Positions 1 through 8,107 of a stretch of DNA of 64,000 bases are shown piece by piece. The DNA comes from a virus: positions 10,661 through 74,660 of IMG/VR virus record IMGVR_UViG_3300044580_000126, one strand, 5' to 3'. Position 1 is the first letter of the stretch. Each line of letters opens with the position of its first letter. The translations under genes and the position numbers were made by a program. Below the pieces are notes generated by a model. The model saw only the letters and a list, made by a program, of their open reading frames with translations. It ran no database searches and was not told the DNA's origin.

Positions 1-207
1 TATTTTTATAGTAATTATGTAACTAATTGCCCTAAATGTGGGTCTAAAAATTTAGCATATTATACTCCACCGTTTAAAAAGAATGTGATATTAAATGAGT
101 GAACATTATGGTAGATGCCCTTGGTGGCTATCATTGATATGGTGCAAGAGAACAAACTGCACTAAAAAGAGAAACTTAATATTAAAAACAATAGGATTGA
201 AAAGAAA

Positions 208-786
208 ATGCCAAAAGTAACATTAATAAATTATACGCAAAATCCAGAACAAACGATAGAGCAATTTGCTAAAGTTAGCCATTGCAGTAAGTTAGCCGAA
301 ACAGCAGAAAGTCGTAATTTTTTTATAGAATGTCTAATTAAGAATGGGCATGAATCTGTTCTTGAAGTTGTGGACTTTACATTTCTAATAGAAGATGTTA
401 GTAGAGTAACAACTCATCAACTTGTAAGGCATAGATTAGCTTCTTATTGCCAAGAATCAGAAAGATACGTTAAGATGAACAACGACTTCATTGTTCCAAA
501 CTCTATAGAAAATAGTAATTTCAACGAAATGTATAAAACATTACTTAGAGATGCATATAGATTATACAATGTTATGATAGAAAACAAAATACCTAAAGAA
601 GATGCTCGATACATATTACCACAAGCTAAAACAACTAGCATAATGGTAAAGATGAATGTTAGGGAACTTAGGCATTTCTTTAAGTTGAGATTAGATTCTC
701 ACGCACAGTGGGAAATACAAGATGTAGCAGGACAGATGCGGGATATATGCAAAGATAAATGTTTTATAGCATTTAGAGATGTTTGA
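208..786 (+). CDS. thyX: FAD-dependent thymidylate synthase ThyX
   Basis: GHESVLE, THQLVRHRLASYCQESERY (RHRx7S motif), EDARYILP, NVRELRHF, HAQWEI. Confidence 0.96.
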   Translation: MPKVTLINYTQNPEQTIEQFAKVSHCSKLAETAESRNFFIECLIKNGHESVLEVVDFTFLIEDVSRVTTHQLVRHRLASYCQESERYVKMNNDFIVPNSIENSNFNEMYKTLLRDAYRLYNVMIENKIPKEDARYILPQAKTTSIMVKMNVRELRHFFKLRLDSHAQWEIQDVAGQMRDICKDKCFIAFRDV

Positions 787-787
787 T

Positions 788-972
788 ATGAAAGATGTTA
801 TAGTGGTTGATAAAAAACTCAAACGATGCATGTCAATAAACTATTAAAAAGCAAAATATGGAAAGAACGAGATGGATATGTAATAAATATTGAAACAAGT
901 TCCAATATAATATTTCTTAGATATGATATGATTGAAAAAATGATCTTTACGTTTATTGAAAGAGGTAAGTAA
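788..972 (+). pseudogene. Small ORF broken by a one-base frameshift in an A6 run; apparent paralog of the next ORF
   Basis: MKDVIVVDKK continues in the -1 frame as TQTMHVNKLLKSKIW...IEKMIFTFIERGK*, resembling 974..1147 (IDRRNRSEH...YETVEKAI). Confidence 0.4.
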
Positions 973-1147
973 TATGAATATAGACACAATAAATATGATT
1001 GATAGGAGAAATCGTTCTGAACATACATGCGATATTCTTGAATGCCGTGTTAGTGGAGATGTTCTTTATATAAGGACAGATTCAGGATACAGTATGTATA
1101 TCAGCTACGAAACAGTTGAAAAAGCGATACATAACAAAAAACAATAA
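956..1147 (+). CDS. Hypothetical protein (probable start ATG 974)
   Basis: ORF with GAGGT RBS before ATG 974. Confidence 0.6.
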   Translation: MKEVSNMNIDTINMIDRRNRSEHTCDILECRVSGDVLYIRTDSGYSMYISYETVEKAIHNKKQ

Positions 1148-1156
1148 GGGTATTCT

Positions 1157-1450
1157 ATGTGCAAGCATAAAGAAAAGAAAATTGTTAAGTGCTCTAAGTG
1201 TGGAGATTGGAAAATTGTAGATCAAAATGTTAAGGAAAATAGTGTGATAGATGGTTGGGTATTTTGGTGTAAGTTTAATATTAACTCAGTATATACAGAT
1301 AAATACTGTTATCTAATGGAAAAGGATTATGATCAGAAATGGAAATTTGTAAAGATAAAAAATAGCCGATATAATCCTTTAGTTAAGCCATTGGTATTTG
1401 AAGATTGGGAATGTGAGAACTGTTATGAGAAATCATTAAGATGTGATTGA
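1157..1450 (+). CDS. Cys-rich hypothetical protein, possible Zn ribbon
   Basis: CSKC and CENC pairs; operon context. Confidence 0.6.
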   Translation: MCKHKEKKIVKCSKCGDWKIVDQNVKENSVIDGWVFWCKFNINSVYTDKYCYLMEKDYDQKWKFVKIKNSRYNPLVKPLVFEDWECENCYEKSLRCD

Positions 1451-1701
1451 TATGGGGGAACTACTAATTGAAGAAGATGATAAAAATGGTTCGCAAAATT
1501 GAAAAGACAGTTAAAAAATATGCGTATAAAGCAGTAGATGTAATAGGAACATCACTCGCTCGTAGCATTGGATTTGTGGTATCTAACGTTAAGGTTGGGT
1601 GTATCAACAATGATACTTGAACCAAAACAATTCGAATTAGTAACTAATGGCTTAGAAATATATAAGTTTATGAAAAAACTATGTGATGGGTGTGATAGAC
1701 T

Positions 1702-2103
1702 ATGAAGGGAATACAGGAACTATGCTATAATTCACTTTGTAAGTATATAAAAAATATAATGGTAAACGACAAAGAGGAAATATCTATTTGTTTATTAGAA
1801 CCGAATAAAACTGTAAATTGCCCTATACGTATCATTAGGCATGATGCAATAGTTGAACAGCACATAATCAAAGGAGATACATCAAAACTGTTTGAAACGG
1901 GAGCACCATTACAACGAATTGTCGAAACTACAAACTATAAATGTTTTCTCAGGCAATGTTGTAATTGTCATTTTTGGTCAGGGCTACGTAATGGGAATGA
2001 TTATGGTTGGATCAAAGCACATTGTGACAAGAAAACTTACTTAACTTATAGAGAGGATAGTTGTGAAGAGTTTGTTCCAACTATAGGAGAGAATGTATAT
2101 TGA
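1702..2103 (+). CDS. Cys-rich hypothetical protein
   Basis: CCNCHFW...HC...SCEEF pattern; GGGTGTGA RBS-like sequence upstream. Confidence 0.55.
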   Translation: MKGIQELCYNSLCKYIKNIMVNDKEEISICLLEPNKTVNCPIRIIRHDAIVEQHIIKGDTSKLFETGAPLQRIVETTNYKCFLRQCCNCHFWSGLRNGNDYGWIKAHCDKKTYLTYREDSCEEFVPTIGENVY

Positions 2104-2835
2104 CAAGATATGATGAATTTATTAATAAATATAAAAATCAAGAACCTCTGCGGTGTTATAGCGAATTAGTAACTGTTGGATATTGTTCGTATTGCACAAA
2201 AATAAACAAATGCCCTTTCAAAGTTCTTTTATCATATCTAAAAGATACCACTAAAGAGGATGATCTTATATGATGCTTAAAAGATGTAATATATTTTTTC
2301 ATAGACGGAAACCATATAAATTTAAAAACAAAAATCGTTTAAGTTAAATGTAGCGTGATAATTAAAATGGCACACTCATGGAATTGCTATAATATTTCTA
2401 AAAAGATATCAAAATGTTTAATAAGTAATGGAATTATAAACGAAAAAGACGAATTAATTTCAAGAGGAATAATTCAAATAATATTAGAACAAAACATCAA
2501 TGGTGAATAATATGGTAACAATGATGGAAAAACAAATAGAATTTATTGGACCATTAAAGGTAAATATTGACCCAACAACGATAATTGTTTATATATATAA
2601 CCAATATCAAATCCCAATAAATGAATCAAATAAATTAAATAATGTTTCTCCTTTATTAATAAAGGATATCTTATGAAAATTACCGATCATAAGATATCAA
2701 CATATTGCACAAAGTTTTCTATTAATCATAAAGATTGTTATTATGAAAAATTCTATAATGAGTTAACAATCATTATTACCATTTGAAATAAATAAATAAG
2801 ATACGAGTGCTTATCTATTTGTTAGGTGATTTATA

Positions 2836-3057
2836 GTGTGTAAAGTTATCTCTATTGAAAAGAATCAATATGGTAAAAGGCATGGATGGTGCAAGGTGCA
2901 TAAGGCATTTTACTGTTGTGAACATAATGTTTGCGGAATAGCTCCAACAAATGTTAGTGAAATTCCATATTGCCATGAATGTGAAACCCCATTAGTTACA
3001 AAGTCATCTGAAAAAATAATAACATGGTATAAGCCACTTGAGGTAAAAATAAGATGA
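2836..3057 (+). CDS. Small Cys/His-rich Zn-finger-like protein
   Basis: CKVH, CCEH and CHEC motifs; AGGTGAT RBS. Confidence 0.6.
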   Translation: MCKVISIEKNQYGKRHGWCKVHKAFYCCEHNVCGIAPTNVSEIPYCHECETPLVTKSSEKIITWYKPLEVKIR

Positions 3058-3302
3058 TGGACTTTACATATATTATGATAACGATTGCACTCGTTGGAAC
3101 ACTATTCAATAATAAGATAAGTTTAAAGTATAAGTCAATAGGATTCTTTCTATGGATTATAAGCAATAGTATGTTTGCAATCTGGTCATTCGCAATAATG
3201 CAATATAATGTGTTTGCTCTATATGTTATCTATATACTATTATCTATTCAAGGATTCTTTACACATTATAAAAAATATATTAATAAACATAGAAACCCTT
3301 AA
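3054..3302 (+). CDS. Small membrane protein, PnuC-like (about 3 TM segments)
   Basis: Hydrophobic segments; GFFLWIISN and GFFTH..K pattern typical of short viral PnuC-like proteins. Confidence 0.55.
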   Translation: MMDFTYIMITIALVGTLFNNKISLKYKSIGFFLWIISNSMFAIWSFAIMQYNVFALYVIYILLSIQGFFTHYKKYINKHRNP

Positions 3303-3345
3303 ATGTTTGATTAACTATATAATGTATCGTTAGGAGATATATTGT

Positions 3346-3540
3346 ATGGTTAATGTTGTTAAAGTTCACGCATCAATACGAGAGCAAAAGAAACTTAAAG
3401 AATTATTCGAGAGAAAAGAAATACCGTTGGCAGAATTTTCTACCAACTCTCAATTTATTAAACGACTTCTTAATTCTAAGTTGATAACTATTGAAGAATC
3501 GGAGGGTGGTTCCTCCTCCAATAACGAACCAACTCAGTAA
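3346..3540 (+). CDS. Hypothetical protein
   Basis: AGGAG RBS; BRE/TATA-like GAAACCCTTAAAT at about 3292. Confidence 0.55.
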   Translation: MVNVVKVHASIREQKKLKELFERKEIPLAEFSTNSQFIKRLLNSKLITIEESEGGSSSNNEPTQ

Positions 3541-4438
3541 TCCCGTGTTTCAATGGAATCTCTGATGTAAATCCAAGCTTACACTCTGCTAAAAGAGTAT
3601 CTGCATGTGTATCTTTTACATAGTTTCTAACTGTATTGTCTATGTATTTTACTCTAAGTTCGTTATTCAATACATTCTCTATCATAGTAATAACGGTGTT
3701 TAAAGAATGATTTACCCCCGTTCCAACGTTGTAAACTGATGTGATTGGTTGGCTACCAGATTCCATTGCCATTCGGCAAGCCCTAACTACATCATCTACA
3801 TGGATAAAATCTCTTGTTTGAGTTCCATCCCCATAGACTATTATCTCTTTATGATTCAATGCACCCCATATAAACTGAGATACTAAGTTTGCATATTTTT
3901 TCTTAAATGCCTCGTTTGGTCCATATACGGAGAAAAACCTAAGTCCAACGGTTCGAACATTATAAAGTTGCCCATATAGTCCAGCCATACGTTCCAAGAA
4001 GTATCTCCCCTCAGAATAGAAATCAGTTGGGTATATACTCATTGTTTCATTAAACGGGGTTTGGTTTGTATTATAAACAGATGACGTTGAAGCATACACC
4101 AATCTCACATTATTCTCCTTACAAAACTCAAGAAGGTCAAACGTTCCATTGATTACACTCTGCATCTTCTCTTTTCGATTATTCTTATACATTGGTGAAG
4201 ATGACGGCATACCTAAATGATATATTCCATCTAAATTCTTAAAATTAAATGATTCTTTTCCTATCTCCATATAATAAAAATCAATTTTGTCTTTTAGATC
4301 GCCTAAATTTTCAACCGAACCAGTAGATAGGTTATCGATTACTATTACGTGATGGTTCTTATTTACTAACTCTTTTACAAGATGTGAACCGATAAATCCA
4401 CATCCTCCTGTAACTACATATCTGCCCATAATAACCAC
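3488..4438 (-). CDS. NAD-dependent nucleotide-sugar epimerase/dehydratase (extended SDR)
   Basis: VTGGCGFIGSHL, DNLSTG, ASTSSVY, LRFFSVYGP, GDGTQTRDFIHVDD; catalytic motif is YxxxR rather than YxxxK. Confidence 0.93.
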   Translation of the reverse strand: MVIMGRYVVTGGCGFIGSHLVKELVNKNHHVIVIDNLSTGSVENLGDLKDKIDFYYMEIGKESFNFKNLDGIYHLGMPSSSPMYKNNRKEKMQSVINGTFDLLEFCKENNVRLVYASTSSVYNTNQTPFNETMSIYPTDFYSEGRYFLERMAGLYGQLYNVRTVGLRFFSVYGPNEAFKKKYANLVSQFIWGALNHKEIIVYGDGTQTRDFIHVDDVVRACRMAMESGSQPITSVYNVGTGVNHSLNTVITMIENVLNNELRVKYIDNTVRNYVKDTHADTLLAECKLGFTSEIPLKHGITELVRYWRRNHPPILQ

Positions 4439-4504
4439 GTCTTATCATACAGGGTAGACATCTTTATTAAGATGTTTTAATAGTGTTAAAAATGTTGATA
4501 ATTT

Positions 4505-5728
4505 ATGGTATCTACTAAGAAGATATGTGTTATTGCAGATTCTAATGAGTTCTCATCTGCTCCTGAAATAATAGAACTTCTAAGATCAAACCAAATCCCA
4601 ACCATTGTTGAACATTTGGAAATAGGGGATTATCATATAGGAAGCTATACAGAATATTATAAAGATGATATTAAGAATGACCTATCTGAGTTTGTTAATA
4701 GGTGCTATATAAACTGCAAATGCAATAACAGGAATTGCCTATTATCAAATACCCAATACTTTTCTAAGATATTGAATAAAGAGCTAACCTATAACAAACC
4801 TGAAAAAATTATGAGTGTCGGGAAAGCTATATCCTATACTACGAACACTACGAATACTAGAAACACTCTAGCTACTACTAATACCAATACTACAGATACT
4901 AAGAATAATACTGTAGTAGCGTCTAATAGTTGCAACGGCATTAATGCAAATGGCAACCTTAAGGCATATCTTGAGAAAGACCTCTATAGATTATCTCTTT
5001 GGAAAAATCAATGGGATAATTCAATTTATGATTATATATTAAAGGGGGATTGTTACAAATGCGTTGAGCATTTGATTTATCTATTTGAAACTTTAAAGAA
5101 TGATCAAAAGTTCCCTATAAAGAATCAGTTTTGTGTATCGGCAATCATTGAAAGGAAGAAGATGGCAGATTTGTTCGCATCTTTAAGGGATGATAGGTTA
5201 TGGAAACAGCTTATCAATATGTCAAATGCCTCAAGGGAAACAGGAGTAAAGTCGTTCCTAATGACAATAGGGGATTTTCCAACTTATAATTATTTTACTA
5301 AACGGAAGTGCACACAAAAGGACTATGCATATTATTCAAAGACATTTGAAACAATAGAACTTAAAACACAATTATCTTTCGGTGTTGGGTTTAAGCAATT
5401 TAAGACATTAGACCAATTTATATCATATATAGTTAAAATGGTTAAATGCATTTCAACCATTGGAACATCTAATAGACCAGTAATGTCTAAGAAGAATAAC
5501 GTAACATACGAAGATTTACGATCCGACATCTTCTGTTGTATTCCTGATGTTGGTCGAACTACAGGAGATACTTTGGCATCTAAGCACTCAATCGTTGATG
5601 TTGCCAATATGTCAAAAGAATCTTTAGCAGATATTCGTGTGGGGAAGAATAAAAGACGGATAGGGGAGCAAACTGCAACTCTAATATTGAAATCGTTGAA
5701 TACCTGTAGCAACGAGCATATACAATAA
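4505..5728 (+). CDS. ERCC4/XPF (Hef-type) structure-specific endonuclease with C-terminal HhH and a large internal insertion
   Basis: IADSNE, LEIGDY, IIERKKMADLFASLRDDRLWKQL, C-terminal IPDVGRTTG and RIGEQTA HhH motifs. Confidence 0.85.
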   Translation: MVSTKKICVIADSNEFSSAPEIIELLRSNQIPTIVEHLEIGDYHIGSYTEYYKDDIKNDLSEFVNRCYINCKCNNRNCLLSNTQYFSKILNKELTYNKPEKIMSVGKAISYTTNTTNTRNTLATTNTNTTDTKNNTVVASNSCNGINANGNLKAYLEKDLYRLSLWKNQWDNSIYDYILKGDCYKCVEHLIYLFETLKNDQKFPIKNQFCVSAIIERKKMADLFASLRDDRLWKQLINMSNASRETGVKSFLMTIGDFPTYNYFTKRKCTQKDYAYYSKTFETIELKTQLSFGVGFKQFKTLDQFISYIVKMVKCISTIGTSNRPVMSKKNNVTYEDLRSDIFCCIPDVGRTTGDTLASKHSIVDVANMSKESLADIRVGKNKRRIGEQTATLILKSLNTCSNEHIQ

Positions 5729-5744
5729 GCCATATATATTTGCA

Positions 5745-5856
5745 TAACCCCTTCATTACTGACGATGATACATCGGGCGGTCCTCCTTCGCCTCAACCCT
5801 ACTGCGGTAATGCTCTCTCACATTATCCAGTAATACGATGTTGAGTTTGGGTTTCC
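5745..5856 (+). ncRNA. Candidate structured non-coding RNA, family not identified
   Basis: GC-rich intergenic island with nested stems: AACCC/GGGTT, CGATG/CATCG, GGCG/CGCC, CTCAAC/GTTGAG, TACTG/CAGTA, GTAATG/CATTAT (G-U pair favours + strand). Confidence 0.4.
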
Positions 5857-5956
5857 ATTAAGTTAATATTAAACACGTCACTACACAGTTTCATAAAGTT
5901 AATATTAACTTCATTGTATCTATGCAGTTATCATCAAGTTAATATTAATTTGATGG
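5855..5956. repeat. Three copies of an imperfect 26-bp palindrome (consensus CCATCAAGTTAATATTAACTTGATGG); 5855-5908 is an inverted repeat of 62111-62164
   Basis: Copies start at 5855, 5891 and 5931; 53/54 identity to the reverse complement of 62111-62164. Confidence 0.9.
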
Positions 5957-6207
5957 TGAATCTTTTTATAGAGGATTATTATAGTATAAAAATAGAGGTA
6001 TATAGTTTGTCGAAAACTATAACAATTTTAACTGCTGGTGTATTTGAACAAACGTATGTAAATACACCAATATACAATGCATCGTGGGTAAATACCGATA
6101 TAGAAATATTTTATCTGGATAAAGAAACAGGGAAACATATAAAGTTGAATACTTTAGAGTATCCTATCGTAAATATTAAAGTATCGTATAGCCCTAAAAC
6201 AGAATAA
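5914..6207 (+). CDS. Hypothetical protein (probable start TTG near 6007)
   Basis: GAGGTA RBS before TTG-SKTITIL; the 5' part of the called ORF overlaps the repeats. Confidence 0.5.
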   Translation: MYLCSYHQVNINLMVNLFIEDYYSIKIEVYSLSKTITILTAGVFEQTYVNTPIYNASWVNTDIEIFYLDKETGKHIKLNTLEYPIVNIKVSYSPKTE

Positions 6208-6451
6208 AATCAATAGTTTCATCCATATTTGATAAATTAAGCTTTACCCATTTGCCTTCTTTATTCTTATGATAACGTCTAGATACTGCTCCCCATGCAT
6301 ACTTAGCGTATCTGGATTCATCCCAATTCTTAAACTTGCCATATGCATAGTTAAAAGCACTCATCCAGATTTTTTGTGCGTCCGTTGGTAAGTTGTCCTT
6401 AACAGCATTAGGGAGATCGTTTATATTGCTATAGGGCATTATAATCACCAT
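6194..6451 (-). CDS. chaB: ChaB-family protein
   Basis: MPYSNINDLPNAVKDNLPTDAQKIWMSAFN...AWGAVSRRYHK...GKW. Confidence 0.9.
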   Translation of the reverse strand: MVIIMPYSNINDLPNAVKDNLPTDAQKIWMSAFNYAYGKFKNWDESRYAKYAWGAVSRRYHKNKEGKWVKLNLSNMDETIDFILF

Positions 6452-6554
6452 TTGATAATATCAATCTCTCATAATTAAAGTTTACGTAAACAGAAATGCT
6501 TATATTCTGGTTAGATAATATTATGGATTAAAATATTTAAATGTGGTTTGAGCT

Positions 6555-7574
6555 ATGGCTAAGAAAGAAAATTTGTATGATTTGCTAAAAGCCAAAAGCC
6601 CATTCAGCTTGAGTTGTCATATAGAGTGAAGATGAGTTCTTGCTCTAGACAAAGACGATGCTGATGGGATATATTCTGCATCTTTGGTTATGTTAGCTGA
6701 AGGATTAGAAATAAAGAAAATACCTTCAACCAAGGGAAACACAAGAGATGTTAGATTTCCTCAATTTAATGAGTATTTAACAGATGTAGCGTTGGACTTG
6801 GGTTCCCCGAAGCTACCAACATTTGACGGCATAGTGGTTGACCATCATCCAGATCATCCAATCCAGCGTAATTATAAGCTATTTTGGGATAAGGTTCCGA
6901 CAGGGCTAATCATTTGGAATGAGATGAAAGATTATATTCCAAAGTCGCAATGGTGGAGAGTAGCAGGAAGTCTAACAGGGGATTCAGCAATTGAGTATCT
7001 TCCACCAGAAATTTGGGACTCATTTCCACAACTTCTTGATACGAAGTCTTCAATCTATCGGGACACTAAGACATACAAGATAAAGATGGGAAGACCTTAT
7101 CCTATATACGTATATCTGTCATCTGGAGTAAATGCTCTATGCAGAATGGGCAATCCAGCAGAGGCACTTAAGAAATGTCTAACATGGAGAAGTCCTATTG
7201 ATGCTGTAACTGATTTGGATGTCATAGAGGCAAAGCATCTGTTAGATATCGAGGAGAACACTATAATGAAGAGGAAACCCATAGCTGAGATAGTTCGCAA
7301 TAGATTCTCAATCATAAAGATATCATCGTCTCGACCAGAATTTAGCATGAGTGGATACATGGCAAGTCATTTAATGGGGCAAAATGAATTCCTTACAATT
7401 GTAGTCATCAATGAAACCAATGGAGAAGTTAGCATTAGAGGAAAGCTTGCTAAATACTTAGCTGATAAACTAAGGACAAAGGGATACAAATCTGGTGGTC
7501 ATGCGATTGCGGCTGGAGCAACAGTTCCTCTAGATCAAATCGAAAAGTTTATTAATGATATACGAAACATATAA
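6555..7574 (+). CDS. DHH/DHHA1 phosphoesterase (RecJ/NrnA-like nuclease), spliced: join(6555..6620,6654..7574), 328 aa
   Basis: After splicing: SCHDDADG (motif I), ALDLG (II), VVDHH (III), TGD (IV), SIRG and SGGHAIAAG (DHHA1). Confidence 0.88.
6621..6653 (+). other. 33-nt archaeal-type bulge-helix-bulge (BHB) intron in an mRNA
   Basis: Central helix TGTC/GACA, 3-nt bulges ATA and AAG, inner stem TAGAG/CTCTA; two in-frame TGA stops; canonical cuts restore HDDADG. Confidence 0.85.
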
Positions 7575-7797
7575 ACTGGTGAAAAATATGGCTACTAAAG
7601 CAATTAGTATTAGTGCTGGAACATTATATGGAGTGGGAACTCTTGTCATTACAAAAGGAGCTGAGATGGTTCAAGAAGGAAATCAAATCTATGGTCTAAT
7701 TACTATGGGCATAGGATTTGGAATCTATATCGGAACTGTCTATGCTGTTCAGAAGGGTATCATAACAGAAGCACTAAAGAAACTAAAACAGGGTTAA
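7555..7797 (+). CDS. Small two-TM membrane protein (probable start ATG 7588)
   Basis: Two Gly-rich hydrophobic segments; GGTGA RBS. Confidence 0.65.
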   Translation: MIYETYKLVKNMATKAISISAGTLYGVGTLVITKGAEMVQEGNQIYGLITMGIGFGIYIGTVYAVQKGIITEALKKLKQG

Positions 7798-7801
7798 TTT
7801 C

Positions 7802-7987
7802 GTGCTTAGACAAGAACAAATTACATATCGAATATGGAAAGTTGTGGAAGAAGAAGAAGAAGATATTCACGAATATTACGTAAGGTTAAATGAGAAAGGT
7901 TGGATATGCTCTTGTTGTGGAATTAGGAAAGAAAAAAACTGCATCCACATTCTTTTTATTAAAAAACTTTTGAGTGATTCATTATGA
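7802..7987 (+). CDS. SWIM Zn-finger protein
   Basis: YYV...WICSC...NCIHI (CxC...CxH). Confidence 0.7.
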   Translation: MLRQEQITYRIWKVVEEEEEDIHEYYVRLNEKGWICSCCGIRKEKNCIHILFIKKLLSDSL

Positions 7988-8107
7988 AGCAAACAATATC
8001 TCCTGATAGGGAAAAGTTGAGAACAATACAGCAAATAACTTTTGATGTTTTTTCTGGTAAGATATCCGATAATGATGCATTGGGAAAAATAAGAGGGCTG
8101 GTTAAAA

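Noticed and set aside
5757..5790. Hammerhead or HDV-like ribozyme (CTGACGA; TCCTCC loop)
   Set aside because: No GAAA after a stem II, and no upstream P1 partner for an HDV fold.
5332..5796. Antisense ORFs in the track (e.g. 5332..5796, 8149..8451, 22387..22833, 44001..44507, 57018..57389)
   Set aside because: Shadows of well-supported genes on the opposite strand, with no motifs or RBS.
5855..5956. Mini-CRISPR or TIGR array
   Set aside because: Only 2-3 degenerate palindromic units with 36/40-bp spacing and very short spacers; the same spacer is duplicated at 62 kb; no cas or Nop-domain gene is recognisable.
6621..6653. TGA readthrough, selenocysteine or an alternative genetic code as explanation for the DHH interruption
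   Set aside because: Two TGAs would need recoding, and the 11 extra residues would split the HxDxDG motif. TGA ends many genes here normally (e.g. thyX, the GT4 at 30540, tail tube). The BHB geometry explains the junction exactly.
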